A stretch of 64,000 nucleotides of DNA from Squalus acanthias (lineage: Eukaryota). Position numbers and translations under genes: made by a program. The DNA is taken from the NCBI GenBank assembly GCA_030390025.1, contig CM059450.1, positions 930,001 to 994,000 of the forward strand. The letters run 5' to 3'. Under the pieces are notes generated by a model, which was given only the letters and a program-made list of their open reading frames with translations, was not told where the DNA came from and did no database searches. This document shows, piece by piece, positions 1-12,748 of this stretch. Every line of letters begins with the position of its first letter. The first letter of the stretch is position 1.

Positions 1-1290
1 CGGAAGGGAGGGGAAGGGGTGAGAGCAGAAGTGCGGGAAATAGAACGGACACGGTCAAGGGCCGTGTCAACCACAGTAGAGGGGAATCCTCGGTTGAGGA
101 AATAGGAAGACATGTCGGAAGCACTGGTATGGAAGGTGGCATCGTCAGAGCAGATGCGGCAGCGACGGAAAAACTGGGAGAATGGAATAGCGTCCTTACA
201 GGAAGCGGGGTGGGAGGAAGTGTAGTCCAGGTAGCTGTGGGTGTCAGTGGGCTTGTAGTGAATGTTTGTCAATAGCCTATCCCCAGAGATGGAGACAGAG
301 AAGTCGAGGAAGGGAAGGGAAGAGTCGGAGATGGACCATGTGAAGGTGAGGGAAGGGTTGAAATTGGAAGCAAAGTGAATGAAATTTTCTAGTTCAGGGC
401 GAGAGCAGGAAACAGCACCGATACAGTCATCAATGTACCGAAAAAAGAGGTGAGGGAGGGGACCCGAGTAGGACTGGAACAAAGAATGTTCCACATATCC
501 CACGAAAAGGCAGGCATAGCGGGTTCCCATAGCAACACCTTTTAATTTGGAGGAAGTGAGTGGAGTCAAAGGAGAAGTTATTCAATGTGAGAACAAGTTC
601 AGCCAGGCGGAGGAGGGTGGTGGTGGATGGGGACTGGTTGGGCCTCTGTTCAAGGAAGAAGCGGAACGTCCTCAGGCCATCCTGGTGGGGGATGGAGGTG
701 TAGAGGGATTGGATGTCCATAGTGAAAAGGAGACGGTTGGGGCCAGGAAACTGTTAAAGTGACGGAGGGCATCGGAAGAGTCATGGATGTAGGTGGGAAG
801 AGACTGGACAAGGGGAGAAAAAAATAGAGTCGAGATAGGAAGAGATAAGTTCCGTGGGGAAGAACAGACTGAAACGATGGGTCTACCGGGGCAGTCCTGT
901 TTGTGGATCTTGGGAAGGAGGTAGAAGCGGGCTGTGCGGGGTTGGGGAATTATGAGGTTGGTGGCCGTGGAGGGAAGATCTCCAGAGGAGATGAGGTCAG
1001 TGACGGTCTTGGAAACGGTGGCTTGATGTTTGGTAGTGGGGTCATGGTCCAGGCGGAGGTAGGAGGAGGTGTTAGAGAGTTGCCGTTCAGCCTCCGCTAG
1101 GTAGAGGTCGGTTCGCCAAACAACAACAGCCCCACCCTTGTCAGCAGGTTTAATGACAATGTTGGGGTTGGATCTGAGAGAATGGAGTGCTGCAAGTTCA
1201 GAGGGAGGTAGGTTGGAGTGAGTGAGGGGAGCAGAGAAATTGAGATGGCCGATGTCACGCCAGCAGTTTGCAATGATAAGACCTAGAGAG
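1..1290 (-). mobile_element. Penelope-like retroelement RT fragment, frameshifted, runs off window start
   Basis: Minus-strand ORFs 672..1328 and 430..720 carry PLE-RT motifs IVIKPADKGGAVVVW, RFYLLPKIHK..PGRPIVS and MDIQSLYTSIPHQDGL. Further along the minus strand (~150-240) reads YLDYTSSHPASCKDAIPFSQF, typical of the GIY-YIG PLE RT C-terminal region. Confidence 0.8.
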
Positions 1291-1884
1291 GTTAAGAGGC
1301 CAGAGGGATCTTGTGTTGCAGAAGACACTATATTTTCTCCACAATCTTTTTCACTGCATTAAAAACTTTTTAAAATCTTTGAAACAAGGATTAATTAGCA
1401 GATTTCTGCATGTGTACTGTTAAACTGTCTCATTCTAAACAAGGAAGTGTGCTGCAGAACACTTTAAATTATTGCCCTGTCGTTTTACAGGAGTTATGGA
1501 CGGAGTGGAACACGTTTGTTTTTAAGCTGGTAGTTTAAAAGTGGTCCCTTTCTTTTTTCTGCTTGAACTTGCCCCGTGCTGCAGGATGGGTGCTTACGTG
1601 CCTGTTCCCTGCCCTTTTGACCAGTCACATGGAAGAATGAGTTACTGCCCAGGCTAGACTTCCAATTTTCCCTTTCCCACGCTGGGAGACAATGTGGCCT
1701 TTGCGCACAGCACTACTCAGAGTGGCACACTGAATGTGCATCCTCTCTCAGTGTTAGTGCTACCGCGCTCAGCCACTCTGCTGTGCCCAATTCATGACAT
1801 CCTTTACTTTCCTTGGTATTTTATGTTCAAAGGTCCTTCTTGATGATATGAAGGAACGTCTGTGAAACACAACACCTTAGGAAG

Positions 1885-3300
1885 CAATAACAACTTGCAT
1901 TTATATAGTGCCATCAATATAAAAACAGTCCCAAAGTAGTTTACAGAGGAGAAAGGGAACTTATAAGGAGTAGGGTTAGGAGAGATGACTGAAGGCTTGG
2001 CTGGAGAAATGGCCTTTGACATGGGGTAGGCGATAGAAAGACTGCAAGGCTTGGGTAGGAGTTCCAGAGAGATGGCTGATGGAACTGCCACCAATGGTGA
2101 GGATTTGTAGATGAGGCTGAGCATTTTAAATTTGGTCCACTGGGACACAGACAGCCATTATAGAACAGCAAGGAGGATGATGATGGGCAAGTGGGTCTTC
2201 GTGCAGGACAGGATACAAGTGGTGATGTTTTGGACAATTTGGAGTTTATGGAGGATAGAGATTGGGAGGCTGGCAAGGAAGACATTGAAGAATTGAGTCT
2301 CAAGTTGCCAAAAATGCAGATAAGAATTTTGATGACAGTGGGGATAGGGTAGGAGCAGAGAGGCAATGTTGTGGAGGTGGAAGTAAGCAGTCTTGGTGAT
2401 GGATAGTTTATGGGATTTGAAGCTCAGCTCTGGGTCACTAAGGTTGTGTGTAGTCTGGTTCAGCCTGAACAAGCAGCCAGGGTGGGGGACAGAATCGATG
2501 GCATGGGCCCGCATTTCTTGGTGAGGGCCAAAAAGAATGGCTTCAGTCTTTCCAATGTTCAATTGGAGGAAATTCTGTTTCATCCATGACTTAATGTCAG
2601 ACTGGTATTCTGTCAGAACAGCAGTGGCCAGGGATGTGGTGGAGAAGTCAGCATACAAATGGAAGCCAAGCCTGTTTCTACAGACAGTGTCACCAAAGGG
2701 GAGTAGGTAGATGGGGATGCCAAGTCTGGATCCTTTGGAGATGACTGTTTAGCAGCTAGAGGGGCAATTACTAGAGATGCGCTAGCTGCATTGGGACAGG
2801 TAGGAGTGGAACTAAAAAAAGGTAGTCCTATAGACATGGATCGTGGAGGAAAGGTAATGGAGAATGATGATATGATCATTTGTGTTAAATGCTGTAGAGA
2901 GGTCAAGGCCAAGTAAAGGTAATATTAGTCATAGGGAATACCTGTGATTTGACCAGGGTTGGTCTTAGTGCTGTGCACAGGGTAAAAACTGGACTGAAGG
3001 GTTTCCAATAGGGAGTTGTGGAAGAGGTAAGCATGGAGCTGGAGGCGGGGGGACTGCAACAATACATTCAAAGATCTTAGACAAGAAAGTGAGGTTAGAG
3101 ATGGGGCGGTAACTGGGGAGGATAGATGGGTCAAGAGTTGGCATTTTGTGGAGAGGGTGATGAAATGGAGGGGGGTAGTGTCTGAACAAAAGTAGACATT
3201 AACAATGTCAGTGAACACAGGGACCAGGTAAGGTAGTTGAGTGGTCAGGAGTTGGATTGGGAAGGGATCAAAGAGGCAGGAAGTGGGTCTTAGAGGAAAA
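1885..3300 (-). mobile_element. Old degenerate L2-clade LINE, RT to 3' tail
   Basis: Broken minus ORFs give DPSILPSYRPISNLTFLSKIFE, DIKSWMKQNFLQLNIGKTEAIL and KTAYFHLHNIA. An L2-type tail (reverse complement of ...ctatataaatgcaagttgttatt) lies near 1890-1910. Confidence 0.7.
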
Positions 3301-4291
3301 ATGGTCCAAAAAGTGGTGTTTTAGCCATAGTGTTGAATTCTAGGAAATTCTGGATAGACCTAGACTTGTCAAGGTCACAAACCTACAGATAATGGATGAA
3401 TTATGATGTCTGAGTTGGGAATAATTGGGAGTTAACCAACGGATAAGCCAATGTTATCTGGTGATGTCCAGTTTATCATGTTTAAGGCTGAGAGGGTAAA
3501 GGAATTTTACTAGCTAACGAGCAAGCCTGACCTTTATTGAATAATTAAAGTATGCTCATTATATGTCCTTGATCTATTTAAGGTGATTGACACCTAAGTG
3601 AATCCTTGTGATAGGATGGGTCACTTTAATTCGTCAGGTATTGAATTACTGGGAAAGGGTGTCTTACTTTGTATATAAAAGATTGTGCTTTTTGAAGCCA
3701 GAAAGTTGTAGAAGTCTGGGAAGAGTTAAGAAGGTTAAAAGTAAGAACTAAGAGAACTTAAGAAGCAGGATTTCTAAACTGAGAAGGTGTTGAGTGAAAG
3801 TGGAAAGTTTCATCAGATAAAGGCAAATGTTGTATCACTCTATCATGTGACAGTTCAAGTCTTGAAGTATAGAGAGACAGAAATTAGAATTCAACCATAG
3901 TCCAAAATATAAGAATGTACAAGGTTGGAAAGTTGATGCTTGAAAAGGGAAGGAATACCACTGCTATGGATGGCGATTAACCCTGAAAGCATTCTGAGGT
4001 GAATATGTATGTTCCAAAGTGAAGCAGATCCACCCAACTCTACTACAACTGACTCAGAAGGATGAGATTGTGCAACATCTAGGAATAATACTGTCAAAAC
4101 TAATAGCTTACTGGCAATCTGCTGAAATAAACTTTAAATGTTAACCTGTCAGCTGTACATGAAATCTAACTGTAAAATAGCCTTTCTGACTATGTTAATC
4201 TTAGCTGTTGAGTGTAACTCATGTTCAGTAGTAAGTAGAGCCCAGCTGATGCTGTTATTGTGATACATTTAAATAAAATCTGAGCATGTAA

Positions 4292-4813
4292 GGAGTGTGA
4301 TGGAATACTCTCCACTTGCCTGGATGAGTGCAGCTCCAATAACACTCAAGAAGCTCGACACCATCCAGGACAAAGCAGCCCGCTTGATTGGCACCCCATC
4401 CACCACCTTAAACATTCACTCCCTCCACCACCGGTGCACCGTGGCTGCAGTGTGTACCATCTACAAGATGCACTGCAGCAACTCGCCAAGGCTTCTTCGA
4501 CAGCACCTCCCAAACCCGTGACCTCTTCCACCTAGAAGGACAAGGGCAGCAGGCGCATGGGAACACCACCACCTCCAAGTTCCCCTCCAAGTCACACACC
4601 ATCCTGACTTAGAAGTATATCGCCGATCCTTCATCGTCGCTGGGTCAAAATCCTGGAACTCCCTCCCTAACAGCACTGTGGGAGTACCTTCACCACACGG
4701 ACTGCAGCGGTTCAAGAAGGCGGCTCACCACCACCTTCTCAAGGGCAATTAGAATTAGGCAATAAATGCTGGCCTTGCCAACGATGCCCACATCCCACAA
4801 ACGAATAAAAAAA
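4292..4813 (+). mobile_element. 5'-truncated LINE 3' fragment (CR1/L2 supergroup; same family as 37560-38932)
   Basis: ORF 4297..4521 MEYSPLAWMSAAPITLKKLDTIQDKAARLIG. Ends in aataaaaaaaa and is flanked by a direct repeat atgtaa (4286-4291 / 4814-4819). Confidence 0.8.
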
Positions 4814-4984
4814 ATGTAAAGATTAAAACTCTGTTAGTTAATAAATAATATCCTGTTTTTAATCTTATAGTGTATTTATCATGTTATCACAGATGTATTA
4901 ATAACGTGATGTTAAATCACTGTCTTGACTTCATTTTTGATGTCTCTGGCAAGTCAGCTAATTTTCATTTTCAGTTGCTTATCA

Positions 4985-5548
4985 ATGACTTCCCTCTTCC
5001 ATAATGCGAGGAGTGGGGCAGTTCACTGCTGATTCATAGTGTTCAGCTCCATCGAAAGTTAATGAAGCAGCAAATGTCAGTCTCCAGCAGCACCTGGACA
5101 ACATCCAGGCTTGGGCTGACAAGTAATATTCATGCCATATAAGGGCTGAGCAATGACCATCTCCAAAAAGAAAAGCTCCAACCACTTCACCAGGCCTTCA
5201 ACAGTACCACCACTGACAAGTTCCCCAACCATCATCAACATTTTGGGTTAACTAACTAGAAGCTTAATGCGACTAACAGATCAACAGCATGTTTATAAAA
5301 GCAGGGCAGAGGCTGGCTACTCCGCAATGAGTACTTCACCTCCTGGCCCCTCAAATCTTCTCCACCATCTACAAGTCTCAATTCTGAAATGTGATGGATA
5401 CTCGCCACTCGCTTGGATGGGTGCAACTACAAAAACAACAATAACTTGTATTTATATAGCACCTTTAACATAGTAAAACGTCCCAAGGCGCTGCACAGGA
5501 GTATTATAAGACAAAAAATTTGACAGCTACAGTAACACTGAATAAGCT
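4985..5548 (+). mobile_element. Ancient LINE copy, first piece (continues at ~10310-10501 and ~14820-14890)
   Basis: Degenerate match to the LINE at 4292-4813 and 37560-38932 (e.g. cacctggacaacatccaggcttgggctgacaag, ggatactcgccactcgcttggatg). Interrupted at ~5431-5520 by an L2/SINE tail. Confidence 0.6.
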
Positions 5549-8500
5549 CATCGTGTCCATGCCGGCCATCAAGCCCTGTCTATTCTAATCACATTTTTCA
5601 GCACTTGGTCCGTAGCCTTGTATGCTATGGCGTTTCAAGTGCTCATCTAAATGCCTCTTGAATGTTGTGAGGGTTCCTGCCTCTACCACCCTTTCAGGCA
5701 GTGAGTTCCAGATTCCAACCACCCTCTGGGTGAATAGGTTTTCCTCAAATCCCCTCTAAACCTCCTGCCCCTTACCTTGAAACTATCCCCCCTGGTTATT
5801 GACCCCTCTACTAAGGGGAAAAGTTCCTTTCTATCTACCCTATCTATGCCCCTCATAATTTTGTACACCTCAATCAGGTCCCCCCTCAGCCTTCTCTGCT
5901 CTAAGGAAAATAACCCCAGCCTGTCCAGTCTTTCTTCATAGCTGAAGCACTCCAGCCCAGGTAACATCCTGGTGAATATCCTCTGCAATCACATCCTTCC
6001 TATAGTGTGGCGACCAGAACTGCACACAGTATTCCAGCTGTGGCCTAACTAGCGTTTTGTACAGCTCCATCATAACCTCCCTGCTCTTATATTCTATGCC
6101 TCGGCTAATGAAGGCAAGTATCCCATATGCCTTTTTAACCACCTTATCTACCTGTCCTGCTGCCTTCAGGGATCTATGTACATGCACACCAAGGTCCCTT
6201 TGATCCTCTGTCCTTCCTAGGGTCCTACCATTCATTGTGTATTCCCTTGCTTTGTTAGTCCTCCCAAAATGCATCACCTCACACTTTTCAGGGTTAAATT
6301 CCATTTGCCACTGTTCTGCCCATCTAACCAACCCGTCTATATCGTCCTGTAGCCTGAGGCTTCCCTCCTCGCTATCTACCACTCCACCAATTTTCGTGTC
6401 ATCTGCGAACTTACTGATCATACCTCCTACATTCATATCTAAATCATTAATGTACACTACAAACAGCAAAGGACCCAGCACCGATCCCTGCGGTACACCA
6501 CTGGACACAGGCTTCCAGTCACAAAAACAACCTTCGACCATCACCCTCTGCGTCCTCCCAGTAAGCCAATTTTGGATCCAATGTGCCAAATTGCCCTGAA
6601 TCCCATGGGCTCTTACCTTCTTGACCAGTCTCCCATGTGGGACTTTGTCAAAAGCCTTACTGAAGTCCATGTAGACTACATCAACTGCACTACCATCATC
6701 CACACACCTAGTCACCCCCTCGAAAAATTCAAATAAATTGGTTAGACATGATCTCCCCCTGACAAAGCCATGCTGACTATCCTTGATTAATCCTTGCATC
6801 TCCAAGTGGAGACTAATTCTGTCCCTCAGAATTTTTTCCAATAATTTCCCTACCACTGATGTTAGGCTCACTGACCTGTAATTCCCTGGTTTATCCCTAC
6901 TACTCTTCTTGAATAATGGTACTACGTTAGCTGTTCTCCAGTCCTCTGGCACCTCCCCTGTGGCCAGAGAGGTTCTGAAAATTTGTGTCAGAGCCCCTGC
7001 AATCTCCTCCCTTGCCTCACACAGCAGCCTGGGATACATCTCGTCAGGGCCTGGGGATTTATCCACTTTTAAGCCCGCTAAAACCGCTAGTACCTCCTCC
7101 CTCTCAATACTAATTTGTTCAAGTATATCACAATCCCCCAGCCTGATTTTTATGCCTACATCGTCCTTCTCCATAGTGAACACAGATGCAAAATATTCAT
7201 TTAAAACCTCACCTACATCTTCCGGCTCTACACACAGATTGCCACTTTGGTCCCTAATGGGCCCTACTCTTTCCCTGGTTATCCTACTGCCCTTAATATA
7301 CTTATAAAACACCTTGGGATTTTCCTTTATTTTGCCCACCAGTGTTTTTTCATGCCCCCTCTTCGCTCTCCTAATTTCTTTTTTAAGTACCCCCCCTGCA
7401 CTTTCTATACTCCTCTAGGGCTTCCACTGTTTTTAGTCCTTTGTATCTGCCAAAAGCCTCCCTTTTTTTCCTAATCCATTCTTGTATATCCCTTGACATC
7501 CAGGGTTCACTGGGTTTGTTGGTCCCACCCTTGACCTTTACAGGAACATGTTGGCATTGTACTCTCTCTATTTCCTTTCTGAAAGACTCCTACTGCTCTG
7601 ATGTGGATTTTCCTACAAGTAGCTGATCCCAGTCCACTTTGGCCAGATCCTGCCTTATCATATTAAAATCGGCCTTCCCCCAATTTAGAACCTTTATTTC
7701 CGGTCCATCTTTGTCCTTTTCCATGACTACCTTAAATCTCAATGAATTATGGTCACTGTCACCAAAATGCTCTCCCACTGACACTTCTACCACTTGCCCG
7801 GCTACATTCCCTAGAATTAGGTCCAGTACCGCCCCCTCTCTTGTAGGACTTTCTACATGCTGGCTCAAAAAGCTCTCCTGGATGCACTTTAAGAATTCCG
7901 CACCCTCTAAGCCTTTCACACTCTGATTATCCCAGTTAATATTGGGGAAGTTGAAATCCCCTACTATTATTACCCTATTATTTCTACACTTCTCTGAGAT
8001 TTGCCTACATATCTGTTCCTCTATCTCCCCTTGACTGTTTGGGGGCCTATAGTACACTCCCAGCAAAGTGCTTGCCCCCTTTTTGTTTTTTAAGTTCTAC
8101 CCATATGGCCTCATTAGAGGAACCTGCTAAGATATCATCCCTCCTTCCAGCAGTAATTGACTCCTTGATTAATATTGCAACACCCCCTCCTCTTATACAC
8201 CCCCCTCTGTCTTGCCTGAAGATTCTATACCCCGGAATATTGAGCTGCCAGTCCTGCCCCTCCCTCAACCATGTCTCTGTGATAGCAACAATATCATGCT
8301 CCCATGTGTTCATCAACACCTTCAATTCATCTGCCTTACTCGCAAGACTCCTTGCATTAAAATAAATGCCATCCAGCCTTGCCATACTCCCTTGTGCTGT
8401 TACATATTTGCTCTGCCTTCCAGGCTGACTTGTTTTTTCCTCTATATTTGGCTGTGCATCACCCCCTACTATAGCTCCACTCCGTATCCCATCCCCCTGC

Positions 8501-10051
8501 CAAGTTAGTTTAAACCCCCCCCCAACAGTACTAGCAAACCTCCCCGCAAGGATGTTGGTCCCATTCCAATTTGTGTATTTGTACTCCGAGATCCCTTTGT
8601 TCCTCCACCCCACCCAGATTCGCACCCTCCAGGTAATAAGTGACCTCCCTATTCTTCCTACCAAAATGTAATATCTCACATTTATCTGCGTTGAATTTCA
8701 TTTGCCAATTATATGCCCATTCTGCTTTCCTGTAATTTGTTGCAGTCCTCCGCAGTATTAACTATCCCCCCAGCAAGGATGTTGGCCCCGTTCCGGTTCA
8801 GGTGCAACCCGTCCGACTTGTACAGGTACCACCTTCCCCAGAAGCAGACCCAGTGATCCAGGAAACTAAAGCCCTCCCTCCTGCACCAACTCTTTAGCCA
8901 CGCATTCATCTGCTCTATCCTCCTATTTCTATACTCACTAGCACGTGGCACCAGGAGTAATCCAGAGATTACAACCTTTGAGGTCCTGCTTTTTAATCTG
9001 CTACCTAGCTCCCTAAATTCTTATTGCAGGACCTCATCCCTCTTTCTACCCAAGTCGTTGGTACCAATGTGAACCACAACCTCTGATTGTTCGCCCTCCC
9101 CCTTCAGAATGCCCTGCAGCCGTTCAGTGACATCCTTGACCCTGGCACCAGTGAGGCAACATACCATCCTGGAGTCACGTCTGCGGCCACAGAAACGTCT
9201 ATCTGTTCCCCTTACGATAGAATCCCCTATCACTATTGCTCTCCCGCTCTTTTTCCTCCCCTCCTGTGCAGGTGAGCCACTCGTAGTGCCACGGACTTGG
9301 CTCTTGCTGCATTCCCCTGAGAAACCATCTCCCCCATTAGTATCCAAAACAGAAAATCTGTTGGAGAGGGAGATGGACCCAGGGCACTCCTGCACTACCT
9401 TCCTAGTTCTTTTACTCTGTCTGGCGGTCACTCATTTCCTGTCTGCCTGTGCACTCTTTACCTGCGGTGTGACCACCTTGTTAAACGTGCTATCCACGAA
9501 GATCTCAGCTTCGCGGATGCTCCACAGTGACTCCAGCCGCAACTCCAGCTCCGAAACGCGGATTTCGAGTAGCTGCAGCTGGAGACACTTCCTGCACATG
9601 TGTTCGCCCTGGACACCTAAAGTGTCCCTGACTTCCCACATAGCACAGGAGGAGCACTCCACGCTGCCGAGCTGCCCTGCCATGTCCTACCCTTAATTTA
9701 CTCCCTTTAAATTAAAGAATATTAAATACACTAGGGACCTTACTTCTCTTTAAACACTACTTACTCTTAACTAGAGACCTTACTTTTACTTTAACGACTG
9801 GACTGTAGAAATACCAGGTCCTACTTACCAATCAGCTCCTTCCCTGGTTGTGACGTCACTTTAGCGGTTTCGCAGTTGTTGTTGTTTGACTGCTCCCGCT
9901 CTCGGACTTTTTCCTTGGTGTACAGTAAGAACCAATTCCTACAGGGTGAAAAGTTAGGAAAAACAAAGGCGAAACAAGGGAGCTCCTCCTTCCACTCCTC
10001 ACCTAACTCCCTGACTCACCCAACTCGCAGCACTCTGTTTAAACCGCACTC
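5549..10051 (-). mobile_element. Near full-length CR1 LINE (copy A): zinc-finger/SGNH-esterase ORF1 and APE-RT ORF2, disrupted
   Basis: ORF1 pieces 9432..9683 (CxxC..CxxC plus leucine heptads), 9021..9431 (IVIGDSIVRG, VVHIGTND) and 8709..8951 (DGLHL). ORF2 pieces 8047..8679 and 7590..8066 (APE: YFNARS, VAITETWL, VGDFN, SDH), 5936..7339 (RT: DFSKAFDKVPH, GVPQGSVLGP, FADDTK) and 5683..5988. Confidence 0.92.
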
Positions 10052-10059
10052 ATCTAGAG

Positions 10060-10304
10060 CAGGGGTTCTCAGCCAGGGTCCACACCACGGGGGATTGACT
10101 AGTTTTAGCAGGTGGCGTAAAGTGGGTGGAAAGCTATCCCTGTTTGCGTTGAGGGGCCGAGGCCAAGTGAACTTTGACGGTAACCGTGTGAGATGAACCC
10201 CCATCCCCGCCCCTCACACACCCCTTTCTCCCACCGGGGTCCGTAGAAATTTTGTAACACTGGGGGGGGGGCCTCAGCAATGAAAAAAAAAGTTGACACC
10301 CCTG
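10060..10304. mobile_element. hAT-Charlie-like MITE
   Basis: Termini caggggttctcagc / agttgacacccctg. The left flank atctagag matches the NTCTAGAN Charlie target; the right flank atcaatgg matches only partly. Confidence 0.55.
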
Positions 10305-10786
10305 ATCAATGGCTCTATTATTGGACTCAACATCCCCTGCACTACTGGCGCACTGTGACTGCAATACGCACTATCTATGGAGTGCACTACAGCGACTCAC
10401 CGCTTCGACAGCACCTCCCAGCCTTGTGATCTCAAACAGCGAGAAAGTCATGGGAACAAGATCACCTCCAAATGACACATGATCCTAACTTGGACACATA
10501 TGGGCTTGATTTTGCCATTGGTGGCGTGTTGGGTGGGGCTCAGGTGGTTGGCGGGTCCCAATCCCGCCGCCGCTGTCGGGCGGGAAAAAATTCCGATTTT
10601 GCCCTAATTGGGCAATTGATTTCCAGCGTGTGCGAACCCCTGGCCCAATTAGTCTTTGGGCCTGAAACTCGCCTCTGATGACATCATTTCTCCAGTTGCA
10701 TTTAAGGGCTCCATGCAGCCTTGGTTCATTTTGTGCCGAAACGCTTGTGTTTGTTTCTGTTCAAAATAGTTTTTGGAGCTAGTGCA

Positions 10787-12748
10787 ATGTTGACTTCAAG
10801 GCCCAAGGCCTCACCACACTTTAATGATGACTGCCTCCATGCTCTGGTGGATGGAGCCAGAGCACAAAAGGAGGTGCTCGTTCCATCCTCTGGGAGGAAA
10901 AAGCCTCCTCAGCAGACCAAAGCTGTGTGGCTGCAAGTTGCCCAGGAGGTCAGTTCCAAATCGACGTGCAGCAGAACCTGGCTGCAGTGCCGAAAGAGGT
11001 TCAATGACCTTGTCCGAACAGGCAAAGTGAGTATACCATCACCTTTACCCTCATTCTGCTCCCCATTTCCTCTCAGCACCATCACTCTGCATTGTCAACC
11101 TACTCCTACACATCCCACTTTACCCTTACATCCCTTGCACCCCTAACCATTCCCTCTCTCTCAATGTGCACAATCACTTAACTATTCGACCCTCACACTC
11201 CCTATCACTGTTATGCTATGACAACAACTAACAACACGCAGGGAGGGCCCTTAGTATTGGGACCTCACTCCATCTTTGTATCCTTCTAAGCATCTATGCT
11301 ATGGACTATCTACACTCACTCCATCATTCTCACTCAAACTCCAGTTGTTTGCCTCATTGCAGGAAAAGAGAGCCCATAATAAGAGGGAAAAGGCGAAGAC
11401 CGGAGGAGGGCCACCCTCAATAGCCCATCTTACCAGCGCAGAGGAGGCAGCCCTAGAGATCGTTGGCGCCGAGGAGGATGTGGAAGTGGGGGACGGACAG
11501 ACGGGCACATCAGAGCAAGCTGGTGACAGAATAGTTTTGCATCTCTCTCATTGACATTGCATGAGTGACTGATATGGCTTCTGATGTTCAAACAGATTGA
11601 CTTATGATCATCTGCACTATTCCATGTGCATGCTACGTTTATATCACATGTCTAACTCATGCCTTTACTCCCCCACAGGACCATCGACAGCCCCCCTCCC
11701 CACTGTCCAGGAAGAAGAGGCTGAGCCGGAAGACTCCTCAGAGGAACCTGCAACCTCTGAGGGCGCAGCGTCAGCAGAATTACGCGCACCCAGCACCAGC
11801 GCAGATACGCACAGCTCGGTGGGACCTTCGGGACATAGAGTAGTGTTGCCACCTGGTGTATCACAGCTCACAAGTGAGCATCAGCAGATGGTGGAGACAG
11901 GGACAGCAGTGGAGAGTCCTCATCGGAGGCCGCAGGGCGCTCCCAGCTCTGCTCAGCTGCATGTCGACCCTGTGCCTCCGGGTCCATCCAGAAGGAGAGC
12001 GAAAGCTGGAACTCCAGGAACAGGTGCAGGAGTCTCTGGCAGGTTTTGTCTCCAGGATCACTGCGAGTGTGGAGTGGATGGAGGAGTCCAACGCTAACAT
12101 GAGCAGAGCCTTTGTGGAGGCATTGGCGAATGAACACATCACCACGGAAAGGATGGCAACCTCCATGGAAAGGATGGCTACGGTAGAGGAGAGGATGGCT
12201 ACGGCCATGGAGGAGCTAAGTCGCTAGAGTGTGGAAAACATGGTGAATGTTCAGAATAGACTGACATCTCTGGAGGAGTGATGGGACAGCTATTGATTAG
12301 AGAAACCAGACCTTCATGGAAGTCCTCTGGAGTAGGACTGCCAGTGCAGAAACGGGTCCTCATGCCCCCCCCTGATGTGCATCAAGGTGCTGTCAAGCCA
12401 CTTGCTAGATCTGAAGTGGGGCTGACTCATGAGAGGGATGTTGGTGGCAGAGAACAAGGAAGTGGGGGCTCCTCTCCAAGAGCTCTCACTCCCATGCCAC
12501 TGCGGAGCCCTCGGTCAGAGCCCCACCAGTGTCCTCACCCAACTGAGATGGGCGTCTCAGCCCCTGCACAGCCGCAGGAGGAGCAGACTGTTGGTGAGCC
12601 CTCACAGGCTCGCAACCCCAGAGGACGCCCACCAAAGGTGTCGAAGCAGGAGCAACATGAGAGTGAGCAAGGGGCCACCACATCTGCTGAAGCTACAGGG
12701 GAAGCACCACGTAGGAGCACGCGTAAGAGGAAGATAAAGCACAAGTAG
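10787..12748 (+). pseudogene. Harbinger Myb/SANT-like (trihelix) DNA-binding gene, 3 exons: 10787-11026, 11363-11522, 11679-12748
   Basis: Exon 1 F..DCLHALVDG...W.QVAQEV...RTWLQCRKRFNDL|gtgagt. Exon 2 cag|EKRAHNKREKAKTGGGPP...g|gtgaca. Exon 3 cag|GPSTAP, with a frameshift near 12000 and stops at 12225 and 12279. Ends RRSTRKRKIKHK (NLS-like). The same intron positions occur in the copy at 40758-42642. Confidence 0.8.

Noticed and set aside
1491-1529. Possible 39-nt exon (ttttacag|...|gtagtt, ELWTEWNTFVFKL)
   Set aside because: Weak donor, no homology I recognise and no partner exons I can link.
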